From contig JAHFDA010000007.1 in NCBI GenBank assembly GCA_023249225.1, positions 1,169 through 65,168 on the forward strand: a DNA stretch of 64,000 bases, given 5' to 3'. Within the stretch, counting starts at the first letter, position 1. Each line of letters begins with the position of its first letter. The notes under the pieces are model-generated. The model made no database searches, had not been told where the DNA came from, and saw nothing but the letters and a program-made list of their open reading frames with translations. The stretch comes from a bacterium (GTDB lineage: Bacteria > Margulisbacteria > Marinamargulisbacteria > JAHFDA01). The translations under genes were made by a program, and so were the position numbers. Shown here in pieces: positions 9,205 through 19,161 of the stretch.

Positions 9205-10575
9205 TTAACCTTGGGTGCCAAGAGGCTCCGGCAAATTTACGGGGTCTTCTTTAAGCAGGGTTTCGATGTCCCAAAAACTTTCTACCTTGTCTGTCCGTGG
9301 TTTTAGTCCGTCCAGCCAACCTTTCTTAAGCAGCGTCCGAAACAGGTCAGCAGCAAAGGCCGGGGCTCCGGTGGCGCCGGGGGAGTTGTAGTTAACAATG
9401 TGCAGGCTGCGTCGGCCCCAATACTCCTGCGCTTCAGAGACAAAATGCCCCGATTCATCCACCAGCGAAGCGCGGATGCCCGAAAGCCCGCGGTAAGTCA
9501 GATGTCCACCGCGCAGTTCGGGGATAAATTGGCGCATACGTTTAGCCAGGTGACTTTTTAAGATTGCACCGCGCCATTCCGATACAGCCAACGACAGAAA
9601 GGTCGAATTTTTAAGCAATTTCCATTTATTTTCAGTGGGGGGTGTTTGCATAAAATGCTTCCAGTCCCACAGGTTGACGCCATCGTAGCTGGTGGGGGTG
9701 GGTACCGGAATGGCAGTGGGACCAATCTCCACCAAGCCGCTGGCGGCGCGGCGCACCCAATGCGGATCCAAAAAAGGGAACTCCTTAAAGCGTGGCACCG
9801 AGTAAATGTTGGCGCCAAACCAGTCGCGGATACCAGCGTCGACTTCCCAGTAATCGCCGCGAAAGAACACGTTGCAGTGGTTTCGTCCCATCCCAAGTTG
9901 CTGTGCCAGGTTTAACGACCCCGCGCCAGAGCAGTTGATGACGATGCCAGCCTTGAGATCGGTTTGTGCTGTTTTACTGTGCAGAAAAACTTCTTGATCT
10001 CCTTCGCTGATGCCCGTAATGGGCATACGAAAAAGAAAATGGACGCCCTGGGCCATGGCCCGGTCACGCAATGACTGGGTCATGTTCTGAAAGTCCACTG
10101 AGGTGTCTGTGACTACAAACACGGCACCGGGCGCCTTGATATGCGGAAACTTCTGGGCCAGTTTTTCTGCGTCAAACAGGTCTACCTCATATTCCTTCAT
10201 TCCGTTTTTAAGCGACCAATCCTTATAGGTTGCCAGACTGGGTAACTGTGACTCATCGATGGCTACCTCTAAAGTGCCGCACGGCAACCAGGGCGTACCG
10301 GGAACCGTCTGGGCCAGTTTTTTCCACAGGTGGTAGGACTGTTCGGCGCAGCGGGCAAAGCGTGCCTTGGTTTCGGGATCCAGATAAAAGGGCCGGTGCA
10401 GCACCCCGGTGTTGCGTCGGCTGCTGTGCTGGGCTACGTCGGCCTCGGTCTCAAGCACCACAATCTGCCGATCCTGATATTTGAGCGAAAGCAGATAAGC
10501 CAGGGTAACGCCCAAAATACCCCCGCCAATAATCACCAGCGGGTAGTCACGCTGTGCGAGGCTGCGGTTGCGCAT
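9205..10575 (-). CDS. FAD-dependent oxidoreductase, L-2-hydroxyglutarate oxidase (LhgO)-like
   Basis: IIGGGILG, HSSRRNTGVLH, FPFLDPH and NYNSPGATGA motifs. Start moved to ATG 10575. Confidence 0.8.
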   Translation of the reverse strand: MRNRSLAQRDYPLVIIGGGILGVTLAYLLSLKYQDRQIVVLETEADVAQHSSRRNTGVLHRPFYLDPETKARFARCAEQSYHLWKKLAQTVPGTPWLPCGTLEVAIDESQLPSLATYKDWSLKNGMKEYEVDLFDAEKLAQKFPHIKAPGAVFVVTDTSVDFQNMTQSLRDRAMAQGVHFLFRMPITGISEGDQEVFLHSKTAQTDLKAGIVINCSGAGSLNLAQQLGMGRNHCNVFFRGDYWEVDAGIRDWFGANIYSVPRFKEFPFLDPHWVRRAASGLVEIGPTAIPVPTPTSYDGVNLWDWKHFMQTPPTENKWKLLKNSTFLSLAVSEWRGAILKSHLAKRMRQFIPELRGGHLTYRGLSGIRASLVDESGHFVSEAQEYWGRRSLHIVNYNSPGATGAPAFAADLFRTLLKKGWLDGLKPRTDKVESFWDIETLLKEDPVNLPEPLGTQG

Positions 10576-10621
10576 ATCGTTATTGTCACATTTCGAAGAT
10601 TTTTGGTAAAATTTTTGGCCT

Positions 10622-11917
10622 ATGGTCAAAATCATCAAGCAAGAAAAAAATGGCAATCTGATTACGGTCGAAGCCGAGGCCGAAGCAGATGCCGTGAACA
10701 AGGGCATTCAAAAAGCTTTTGTGGATTTATCTAAGAATGCGCGCATTCCCGGATTTCGCTCGGGCAAGGCACCGCGCAAAGTTTTTGAACAATTTTATGG
10801 TCGCGATTATTTATTTGATCGTGCTGCCAGTTATATCATCGACGCGGTTTATCCCGACATCATCAAGGGGGGTGACATTGATCCCATCGATCACCCGAAA
10901 AACATAGACATTAAACCCGTCGAAGAAGCCAAGCCCCTGTTGTTTTCGTTTTCGGTCGAAGTTAAACCCGAGGTCAAACTAGGCAAGTACAAAGGTGTCA
11001 AAGTCGACATTGTTAAACCCGTGGTGGGCGAGGCCCAGATTCAAGAACAAATTGACCGCATTGCCGATCAGCTTTCGGATTACAAGCCGGTCGAAGAAGT
11101 CCGTGGATTACAGAATGGCGATTTGGCAACCTATCATGTGCGGGCCTTGATTGAAGGTGAAACCTATCAGGCCTGGACCCGTGAACCCGGCGGGGGCCGC
11201 GTGGGCACACCCTGGATCGACCCGCAATTTGACGAAAAAATTCTGGGGATAAAAGTGAACGAAGAACGCAATTTTGTCATCCACTTTTCAAAAGATCATC
11301 CCCACGAAGCAGTGCAAGACAAGGATGTATCATTCTTTGTAAAGCTCGGGGCCATTCACCAGCAGATTCGTCCTGAAATCGATGATGAACTGGCCAAAAA
11401 AAACGGGCGTTTTCAGACTCTGGCAGAGCTTAAGGCCGATATTCAAAAACATTTGCAGATGCATACTGATCAGGATTTTGACCGTGACAAGCGCCAGAAA
11501 CTCTTTGACGCGGTGCTCGAACGCTGCGAGGTGATGCTTCCGGAAGTACTCGTCAAGCGCGAGCTTGAGCGTATCAAGCGCAATTTTGAGCAGGAGCTGG
11601 GCCGCCAAAAAATTGACCTGGCAGGTTATGCCCGGCTTATGAAAAAAACTGAAGATGATGTGGTGGCCGAAATGAAACCGGCAGCCGAGCAGCGCGTTAA
11701 GCTTGAACTGGTGCTTGAGGCGGTGGCCAAGGCCGAAAAAATTGAAGTAGGTGAGGCAGACTTTGATGCCGAAATTAAACGCCAGGCCGAAAACAGTCAA
11801 AAACCCGAGGATGCAATCCGCCGGGTCTTTACCGCCGAGTACAAACAGTTTTTACAGTCTTATTTGCTAGAAGAAAAGACCATCCAATGGTTGCTGGAGC
11901 AAGCGAAAATCGCGTAG
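10622..11917 (+). CDS. tig: Trigger factor
   Basis: IPGFRSGKAP ribosome-binding motif; FKBP-like middle domain; 431 aa. Confidence 0.95.
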   Translation: MVKIIKQEKNGNLITVEAEAEADAVNKGIQKAFVDLSKNARIPGFRSGKAPRKVFEQFYGRDYLFDRAASYIIDAVYPDIIKGGDIDPIDHPKNIDIKPVEEAKPLLFSFSVEVKPEVKLGKYKGVKVDIVKPVVGEAQIQEQIDRIADQLSDYKPVEEVRGLQNGDLATYHVRALIEGETYQAWTREPGGGRVGTPWIDPQFDEKILGIKVNEERNFVIHFSKDHPHEAVQDKDVSFFVKLGAIHQQIRPEIDDELAKKNGRFQTLAELKADIQKHLQMHTDQDFDRDKRQKLFDAVLERCEVMLPEVLVKRELERIKRNFEQELGRQKIDLAGYARLMKKTEDDVVAEMKPAAEQRVKLELVLEAVAKAEKIEVGEADFDAEIKRQAENSQKPEDAIRRVFTAEYKQFLQSYLLEEKTIQWLLEQAKIA

Positions 11918-11919
11918 TC

Positions 11920-13068
11920 ATGGAGCTGAACCCCCAGCAATACAAGCGGTATGGTCGGCATCTGATTTTGCCCGATGTGGGTCTTGAAGGGCAAAAGAAG
12001 TTATTGCAGTCCAAAATACTGATCATTGGCACGGGGGGGCTGGGAGCGCCGCTGCAAATGTATCTGGCAGCGGCCGGTATCGGAACCCTGGGCATTGTTG
12101 ATTTTGATGTGGTTGATTATTCCAACCTGCAACGCCAGATCATTCATTTTACCGATGATGTGGGCAAGCCCAAGGTGCAGAGCGCGGCCGAAAAAATACG
12201 CCAGATCAACCCAGATTGCCAGGTGGTCATTCATGAAACGATGATCAACAGTCATAACGCGCTCGATATTATCCGTAGTTATGACTATGTGATCGACGGC
12301 ACAGACAACTTTCCCACGCGTTACTGTGTGAATGATGCCTGTGTGCTCCTCAAAAAACCCAACATTTATGGTTCTATCTTTCGTTTCGAGGGCCAGGCTA
12401 CGGTGTTTTATCCGGGCAAGGGCCCCTGCTATCGCTGTCTGTACCCCGATCCGCCACCGCCGGGTTTGGTTCCAAGCTGTGCCGAGGGAGGTGTGCTGGG
12501 TGTACTTCCGGGCATGATTGCCATGATTCAGGCCACCGAAGTGATTAAACTGATTCTTGGCAAGGGTGAGCCTCTGATCGGACGCCTGGTGCTTTACGAC
12601 GCCCTTAAGATGAAACTGCGCGAGGTCAAGCTGCGCCGCGACCCGCAGTGTCCGGTATGCGGTGACCATCCCACTGTGACGCAACTGATTGATTACCAGC
12701 AGTTTTGTGGTATTCCCGTGGGGCAGGAGGCAGCCGACAAGGAGATTCCCGAAATGACGCCCGTAGATCTTAAAGTCAAGCTGGATGCCCACGAAGATTT
12801 TTTACTGCTCGATGTGCGTGAACCGCATGAGTATGACATTGCGCGTATTCCTGGAAGCAAGCTGATTCCGCTCAACGCGGTGGGGCAGCGCATCAGCGAA
12901 ATTGAGCCTTATAAACACAAGGAGATTGTGGTGCACTGCAAATCAGGAGGGCGTAGTTTGCGGGCCAGCAAGCAGCTTAAGGCGGCGGGTTTTTCCAATG
13001 TCAAAAATCTGGCGGGCGGGATTGGGGCTTGGTCGGATCAGGTGGATTCGACGGTGCCAAAGTATTAA
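11920..13068 (+). CDS. moeB: MoeB/MoeZ adenylyltransferase with C-terminal rhodanese domain
   Basis: RYGRHLIL, GTGGLG, SNLQRQ, CYRCLY and CPVC motifs; rhodanese LLDVREPHE...HCKSGGRS. Confidence 0.9.
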   Translation: MELNPQQYKRYGRHLILPDVGLEGQKKLLQSKILIIGTGGLGAPLQMYLAAAGIGTLGIVDFDVVDYSNLQRQIIHFTDDVGKPKVQSAAEKIRQINPDCQVVIHETMINSHNALDIIRSYDYVIDGTDNFPTRYCVNDACVLLKKPNIYGSIFRFEGQATVFYPGKGPCYRCLYPDPPPPGLVPSCAEGGVLGVLPGMIAMIQATEVIKLILGKGEPLIGRLVLYDALKMKLREVKLRRDPQCPVCGDHPTVTQLIDYQQFCGIPVGQEAADKEIPEMTPVDLKVKLDAHEDFLLLDVREPHEYDIARIPGSKLIPLNAVGQRISEIEPYKHKEIVVHCKSGGRSLRASKQLKAAGFSNVKNLAGGIGAWSDQVDSTVPKY

Positions 13069-13098
13069 TCCCATGGGCCCGCTGCCCCTGGACCCCGC

Positions 13099-13127
13099 CA
13101 AAAGAGGGGAGTCCTTCCCCTCTTTTG
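13099..13127 (+). terminator. 12-bp perfect hairpin after moeB
   Basis: CAAAAGAGGGGA-GTCCT-TCCCCTCTTTTG. Confidence 0.6.
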
Positions 13128-13208
13128 AAATCACCCCTAAAGTGATTCGTTGACCAAAGTGTTCCCGTATAATGAGGTGACTTGAATCTTGTTACAAAGG
13201 GGTATGGG

Positions 13209-13715
13209 ATGGGGAAAAGAGTTGTGATTTTGGTGGAACGGGATTTCCAGGATATGGAAGTCATGTATCCCTTTTACCGCCTAAAGGAAGCTGGCCATGA
13301 GGTGGTAGTCGTTGGCAGTGGCAGCGCCAAAGAATACAAGGGTAAGTTTGGTTATCCTGTTGTGGCTGATAAAAATATGGATGAGGTGTCTGCCAAAGAT
13401 TTTGACGCCGTGGTGGTGCCCGGCGGCTGGGCGCCCGATTTTATGCGCCGTTATCCCAAGATGGTGCAGCTTGTGGCCGATATGGACAAGGCTAAAAAAC
13501 CGGTGGCGGCTATCTGCCATGCGGGCTGGATGCTGGTGTCGGCCAAAATTCTCAAGGGGCGTACAGTGACCTGTTTTTCGGCTATTCGCGACGATGTTGA
13601 AGCGGCGGGGGCTACCTGGGTGGACAAAGAAGTCTGCGTGGATGGCAACCTTATCACCTCCCGCAAGCCCGACGATCTGCCGGCATTTATGCGGGAGTTG
13701 TTAAAACAACTTTAA
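13209..13715 (+). CDS. DJ-1/PfpI family protein
   Basis: FQDMEV, VPGGWAPD, AICHAG and TSRKPDDLPAF motifs. Confidence 0.92.
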   Translation: MGKRVVILVERDFQDMEVMYPFYRLKEAGHEVVVVGSGSAKEYKGKFGYPVVADKNMDEVSAKDFDAVVVPGGWAPDFMRRYPKMVQLVADMDKAKKPVAAICHAGWMLVSAKILKGRTVTCFSAIRDDVEAAGATWVDKEVCVDGNLITSRKPDDLPAFMRELLKQL

Positions 13716-15685
13716 CGGATTCGATAACGCCCAAGCACTTTCATTCCTTCAAGGGTTTCCGCATGCGTAGGATCAAGCTTTAAAGTTTTTTCCCAACTTT
13801 GCCGCGCTTCAAGGTATCGTCCACTTAATGCATAAGCCCGGCCAAGTTCATACCAGAGTTTGGCGTTGTCGGGAGAAATTTCGACGGCTTTACGAAAATT
13901 TTCAAGCGCCTGATCTAAATTTCCTTCGGAACCATTTTTGTAACCAAGATATACATATTGATCCACCACCATGGGGTAGGCTTTTTCAAGAAAGGGATGC
14001 CGAGGGTAAAGTGCTTTGGCCCGGTCGAGGGCGGCCATGGCCTGATCGGGCTGATGCAGCTTGATGTAGGCCAAGCCAAGGTTTAGGACGCTGGGCACAT
14101 AAGTGGGATGGATGCGGATGACCCGGTTTAGATGTTCAATGGCTTTTTGCAGCAAGGCTTCGCGCTGGGCGCTGTATTTTGGAAAGTCGGCCATCTCCAA
14201 AAGTTGTGCTCCAGCGTTATTGCTGGCAATCACGCTGCGGGGAGCGGTCTGCACGTCCTTTAAAAACAAGCTGCGGTCGTTTTTCCATTCGGCGTTACGC
14301 GGAATGACTTTATAGGCACTGACGGACGTCACCAGGATCAATAGGGCGGACAGCACTATTTTTTTTGTCTTTTGAGCAGCTTTCCAAGAGGTTATTCCCT
14401 GCACAATCACCCAGGCAGCCACCATTGCAAAGCCAAGCGATGAGTGAAAAATGAGGCGCTCGCCCAGGGTGCCGCCGATGTTAACAAACAAATTGCATAC
14501 CAGCGCCAGATTGGCCAGGTAAAACGAGATGGCAAAACCCAGCGGATGTTTTTTAAGGGTCAGCCCGATGGCAGAAACAAGCAGGGCCAGATGCACGCCT
14601 ATGGAAAGCCACACTTCGACATCAAAAAAGTCGCGGTAGGGGATATGGTTGTACGAATAATCCGCCAGCAAAGGGTGCGGAAAGACAAGTTGCTTAAGAT
14701 ACAGCAGTGGCGTAAACAGAATGGTGGCTTTTTTCTGCCAGACTGTGGCCAGCAAATAAGGATCGTTCATAATTTCGGTTTGGGGCAGGTTTGAACCAAG
14801 ACCTACGGCTTTAATGCGAAAGAAAATGTAAACCCCGGCCACCAGGGCATAGGGCAAGGTGCGTATGACCAGCGCTTGCCATTTCTTGTCGTAAAAAACA
14901 TAAAGCATCACAGGTAAAAGTAGCATCAATGTTATCGAGTATTCCTTGGAAAGCAGGGCCAGGGCATAGATAGGCAGGCTTAAGCCCAGGGTCCACCACG
15001 ACCCCTTTTCGGTGAAACGCACAAAGCCAAGCAGGGTCAGCATCATGAAAAAAAAAGACATCACTTCGTCGCGGCTTTTGATGTTGGCTACGGCTTCGGT
15101 GTGGATGGGATGCACTAAAAAAATAAGCGCGGTGATAAAGGCAATGTCGGGACGATCTTTTAGCACATATTTGTGCAGCATGTGAAACAAAATCAACACC
15201 GAAAACACATATAAAAATACATTCACTCCGTGTCTAAAAGCTGCCCCGCGCACATGGAAGTCGCGGTGGTTAAAGACACCATCTCTGTTTAAATCTTCTT
15301 CAGGATCTCCCTGGCCGTTTTTGTTGGTATCCCAGTCGGCCGGGCTTGGCTGGCCATTTTGAAAAGTGCCGATCCACTGCTGTTCAATGGCAAAGGTAAC
15401 GATCGAGAGCGGGCGGAAGCGGCCGCCGCTAAGCTGTTGGTTGGAATGCAGCATGTCATAGACCGGCTGATAGGCGTCGTGGGTCAGAATATCTTTGATG
15501 CCCGCCAGGCCCTTGAGCACATAGCTGTTGTTTTCGATCACCATGCCGTCATCAAGCGCCAGCTCGTTAGGGACTGCGTTTATGTAAAAGCCTGTGCCAA
15601 TGGCAAGCAGCAGAATCACTTTGAATGGATAAGATAAAAACGAAAGCAGACCAGATTTTTCTGTGTGTGGGGCGGGTGCTTTCAA
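13712..15685 (-). CDS. TMTC-like GT-C membrane glycosyltransferase with C-terminal TPRs
   Basis: LDD, FRPLS, HPIHTEAVANIKSRDE, ALLSKE, GERLIF and RNAEWK motifs; TPR repeats. Confidence 0.85.
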   Translation of the reverse strand: MKAPAPHTEKSGLLSFLSYPFKVILLLAIGTGFYINAVPNELALDDGMVIENNSYVLKGLAGIKDILTHDAYQPVYDMLHSNQQLSGGRFRPLSIVTFAIEQQWIGTFQNGQPSPADWDTNKNGQGDPEEDLNRDGVFNHRDFHVRGAAFRHGVNVFLYVFSVLILFHMLHKYVLKDRPDIAFITALIFLVHPIHTEAVANIKSRDEVMSFFFMMLTLLGFVRFTEKGSWWTLGLSLPIYALALLSKEYSITLMLLLPVMLYVFYDKKWQALVIRTLPYALVAGVYIFFRIKAVGLGSNLPQTEIMNDPYLLATVWQKKATILFTPLLYLKQLVFPHPLLADYSYNHIPYRDFFDVEVWLSIGVHLALLVSAIGLTLKKHPLGFAISFYLANLALVCNLFVNIGGTLGERLIFHSSLGFAMVAAWVIVQGITSWKAAQKTKKIVLSALLILVTSVSAYKVIPRNAEWKNDRSLFLKDVQTAPRSVIASNNAGAQLLEMADFPKYSAQREALLQKAIEHLNRVIRIHPTYVPSVLNLGLAYIKLHQPDQAMAALDRAKALYPRHPFLEKAYPMVVDQYVYLGYKNGSEGNLDQALENFRKAVEISPDNAKLWYELGRAYALSGRYLEARQSWEKTLKLDPTHAETLEGMKVLGRYRIR

Positions 15686-15701
15686 CGTTTTATTGTATCC
15701 T

Positions 15702-16547
15702 TTAAGAAAAAAATTTCAACGCTTTTTTAACGGATTCATCCTTGAGCCCCGTCCATCTTTTGAGGGTGGTGTAGGCTCTGATCAGCTGGGTGTCGCCCCA
15801 GATCAAAATTGTTTTTAAGCCATCAGCGGGGCGGGCGCGGTACTGGGTGCTCTGCACTTTGAGAGGTTTTTTTTCTTCGGTAAAGTAATACAGCGCGATC
15901 GATTTTCGGCTGATGTGCTCGGGGCAGGTCATGGGTTCCGGATGTCCGTGGTAAGACGTGGCATCGGTGGAAAAAACGACACAGCGGTTAAATAACGGAG
16001 CGATCTTTTTGATGCGGGCTTTCATGTCGCGCGACCATAGTTCCAGGTGTCCGCCGTAATCGTCTTTCCAGCCTTCGTTTAAGTAGATCAGCACGTTAAC
16101 CCTGCGGCGCCAGTGGGCTTGATACGGGTGGGAGCCAAAGTCGGCGTGGATATTTAAAAAGCCACCGCGAAAAGACTCGTGCATGCCCCCGCCTTCGAGC
16201 AGGGGGTCCGACAAAAGGCCCTCTATGCTGGTCAACTGCGAAAGAAAACGGCAAAAGGCCTCGGAATTAAGCTCATGAACCAGTGCTTTGATCGTGGGTG
16301 GAAAATATTCCAGTTTTTTTAGCCCGCGCTTTTTTTCGTTAAAGTGGGCATAGTGGATCCAGGCATCGGACTGCTGGGATAAAAACTCCTGATGGGCTTT
16401 TTCCAGGGCTTCTTCCACGATAAACCGCTCAAGCACAATGTGCGGAAAGGGCTCGGCAGACTGGTAAGCCTGTGCCAGATCCTGAAGTTGAGATTCCCAA
16501 TGGGCGTGATTGAATGTTTTGAACGGGTTAAGCATGGTGGCATCCAC
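15702..16547 (-). CDS. 2OG-Fe(II) oxygenase
   Basis: GGFLNIHADF, YGGHLELW, SYHGHP and RKSIALYYF motifs. Confidence 0.88.
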   Translation of the reverse strand: MDATMLNPFKTFNHAHWESQLQDLAQAYQSAEPFPHIVLERFIVEEALEKAHQEFLSQQSDAWIHYAHFNEKKRGLKKLEYFPPTIKALVHELNSEAFCRFLSQLTSIEGLLSDPLLEGGGMHESFRGGFLNIHADFGSHPYQAHWRRRVNVLIYLNEGWKDDYGGHLELWSRDMKARIKKIAPLFNRCVVFSTDATSYHGHPEPMTCPEHISRKSIALYYFTEEKKPLKVQSTQYRARPADGLKTILIWGDTQLIRAYTTLKRWTGLKDESVKKALKFFS

Positions 16548-16619
16548 AGCTTGTTCTATGGTTATTATACTGGGGTGTTAAAATGACCACGATTTTATTT
16601 TTTTCGCAAGGAGTTTTCT

Positions 16620-17054
16620 ATGAGTTTGTACGACAAAATCAATAACGATATTAAAGAGGCCATGAAGCAAAAAGATGCAGTGCGCCTGGAGACTCTGCGC
16701 ATGATGAAGTCCAAGATCATGACGGTCGATGCCCGCGGAGCCCTGCCAGAGGCCGAACTCGAAAAAATCCTGCGCAGCTATAGTAAGTTGCTTAAAGAAG
16801 TCATCGAGGTGTCCGGTCAAAATCAAAAGCTGGCCGAGGCCGAGCAGGCCAAGAAAGAACTGGCCATTGTGGAATCTTATCTGCCGAAGCAACTCGACGA
16901 GGCTGGCATCAAGGCCCTGGTCGACGAGATCATTGCCCAGACGGGTGCCAAGACCAAGGCTGACATGGGCAAGATCATGAAGGCTGTCATGGCCACCGGC
17001 AAACCGGTGGATGGCAAGCTGGTCAATCAGTATGCGGCGTCAAAACTGGTTTAA
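16620..17054 (+). CDS. GatB/YqeY domain protein
   Basis: DIKEAMKQKD, YLPKQL and DMGKIMK motifs; SD AGGAG. Confidence 0.9.
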   Translation: MSLYDKINNDIKEAMKQKDAVRLETLRMMKSKIMTVDARGALPEAELEKILRSYSKLLKEVIEVSGQNQKLAEAEQAKKELAIVESYLPKQLDEAGIKALVDEIIAQTGAKTKADMGKIMKAVMATGKPVDGKLVNQYAASKLV

Positions 17055-17069
17055 ACCCTGGGACGGTCG

Positions 17070-17738
17070 TTGAAAAATCTATACGAGAAGATTATCCAAA
17101 GCCTGCGCCGCAAGGTGGTAAACGAATTCCACCGCATTTATTATTATTCCAACGTGTGGGATCGCACTTACTTTTTGGGCAAGCGTATCCTGAAATGCCC
17201 ACTTGACCTGTGGACCTACCAGGAAATATTTTTTGAACTTAAACCCGATGTGGTGGTGGAATGTGGCACACGTTTTGGCGGCTCGGCGTATTACATGGCG
17301 CGCCTTTTTGACTGGATCGGCCAGGGTCGGGTGATTACCATCGATATCGAAAGCCATGAACAAGTAGAAGAAAAACGGCCGCTTCATGAACGCATCACCT
17401 ACCTGATTGGCTCCTCCACAGACCGAGCCATTGTTGAGCAAGTACGGGCGCTTATTCAGCCACACGAAAAAGTTCTGGTGATTTTAGATTCAGACCACAG
17501 CGCTCGCCATGTGTTAGAGGAACTGCGCCTTTATCATCTGCTGGTCAGCACCGGGAGCTACCTGATCGTCGAAGACACCAACATCAACGGCCATCCGGTG
17601 TTACCTCGGTGGGGCGCTGGACCCATGGAAGCCTTAGACACATTTTTAACGGAGAACCAGCAATTTGTGGTCGACTCGAAGCGCGAAAAGTTTATGATGA
17701 CCCAAAATCCACGCGGGTATCTATTGAAAGTTAAATAA
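17070..17738 (+). CDS. CmcI/cephalosporin-hydroxylase family methyltransferase (likely sugar O-methyltransferase)
   Basis: KCPLDLWTYQE, ECGTRFGGSA, LDSDH and YLIVEDT motifs. Confidence 0.88.
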   Translation: MKNLYEKIIQSLRRKVVNEFHRIYYYSNVWDRTYFLGKRILKCPLDLWTYQEIFFELKPDVVVECGTRFGGSAYYMARLFDWIGQGRVITIDIESHEQVEEKRPLHERITYLIGSSTDRAIVEQVRALIQPHEKVLVILDSDHSARHVLEELRLYHLLVSTGSYLIVEDTNINGHPVLPRWGAGPMEALDTFLTENQQFVVDSKREKFMMTQNPRGYLLKVK

Positions 17739-19161
17739 AGGTTAACTCCTGAAACCGTTGCCAGTAAGTTTCACCCAACGAGGCCGGAGACACAGTGGCA
17801 TCCATCTTAAAATCAACATACAGCGGCGGTATGGGCAGGCGGAGCGCCGATACATAGCTGGCCAGGATCCAAAACCAGCCCCCAGATTCACAGAGATTAT
17901 GAATGATATTGATATCGTCGCGCACCAGTATTTCAATGACCGCCTTGAGCGTCCGGGGCTGGCTTGCGAGGTTGAAAATTGAGTATGGAAACTGCTCGTG
18001 ACGCAGCTTTAGCAATAAGGGCTGCACATATTTGGCTGTTGCATCGTCAGGCACCACAAACAGAACCCGCGACGAGCGTGCCAGCAAATAAAAATCGAAG
18101 CCGGGCTGGCGCAGCTGTCCCCCAGCCGCCAACAAGGTCTCGATGGCCTGCACGACCGAATCCGGAGACTGGTCTTTTAAACAGGTATCCAGGGGACAAT
18201 GGCGCGGCACACAAGCAAGCGGGCATGAAGTCTGATCCCGCACCAACAAGTATTTGGTAAACCAGGGGCCCCAGTGTAAAGGCTTAACGTTTTTAGTGGG
18301 GAATATCGCTGCAATCGAAATGCCCAGAGCGCTGGCCAAATGAAAAGGCCCGGTATCCACACCCACGTAGCAATCGTACAGCGAGATCAACGCAATCAGT
18401 TCTGGCAGCGAGGTTTGACTGACCAGACTGCTCACCGAACTTCCGAACTGTGCAAGCAAAGATTGTTCGGCCTCACGATCCTGGTCTTGCCCAGTGAGCA
18501 CGACTTTGTGGTGGGCAGCGAGCAATTGCGTAATGACCTGCGCATAACCTGCGGTATGCCAGGCCTTATTGCCGCCGCCGGAACTCAAGTGTATGCCCAC
18601 CAGTTTTTGACCAGGCTGCCAACCCAGTTGTCCTAACCGGGTGCGCATACGTTCGCGCAAGTCTGACTTGGCTTTGAGCACCATGGGGGCATAACCGTGT
18701 TGATAGCCCAGTGCCTTGAGTAAATCGAGATTATGTTCCACTTCGTGTTTGGTCAGATTACGCCAGGTCTGACGGGCGGGCACATTGTTCATCCACGCCA
18801 TAAATATTTTGGAACGGTCTCCGAGACGCAGCGGCACCCCTGCCAGCCAGGCAGCGGCAACATAGGGTAACTCCTGATAAAAATGGATGACAAGGTCATA
18901 ACGCCACGAACGCCATAACTGCACATATTGCCAGTACGCCCGCAGCCCTTTAACGCCACCGGTGTAATATGGATCGATGCGTACCTGACGAATGTCTGCA
19001 TTGCCGTCGAAGAGTTCACGCGTATACTCGCGCGCCAGCACGTCGATCTGCCAATCGGGATGCAGTTGCTTAAGCATACGAATGGCAGGCGTGATCAGCA
19101 TCACATCGCCGATGGCATCGGGACGCACGCATAAAACCGAACGTACGTGGCTAAGATGCAT
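17731..19161 (-). CDS. GT9 (heptosyltransferase-like) with C-terminal extension
   Basis: DAIGDV, DTGPFHLA and WGPW motifs; four-Cys motif. Confidence 0.88.
   Translation of the reverse strand: MHLSHVRSVLCVRPDAIGDVMLITPAIRMLKQLHPDWQIDVLAREYTRELFDGNADIRQVRIDPYYTGGVKGLRAYWQYVQLWRSWRYDLVIHFYQELPYVAAAWLAGVPLRLGDRSKIFMAWMNNVPARQTWRNLTKHEVEHNLDLLKALGYQHGYAPMVLKAKSDLRERMRTRLGQLGWQPGQKLVGIHLSSGGGNKAWHTAGYAQVITQLLAAHHKVVLTGQDQDREAEQSLLAQFGSSVSSLVSQTSLPELIALISLYDCYVGVDTGPFHLASALGISIAAIFPTKNVKPLHWGPWFTKYLLVRDQTSCPLACVPRHCPLDTCLKDQSPDSVVQAIETLLAAGGQLRQPGFDFYLLARSSRVLFVVPDDATAKYVQPLLLKLRHEQFPYSIFNLASQPRTLKAVIEILVRDDINIIHNLCESGGWFWILASYVSALRLPIPPLYVDFKMDATVSPASLGETYWQRFQELTFI

Noticed and set aside
11920..13068. 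E1/ThiF enzyme as part of a CBASS-like or ubiquitin-like defence system
   Set aside because: It has a standard MoeB-rhodanese architecture, and there is no cyclase, E2, JAB or ubiquitin-like gene nearby.
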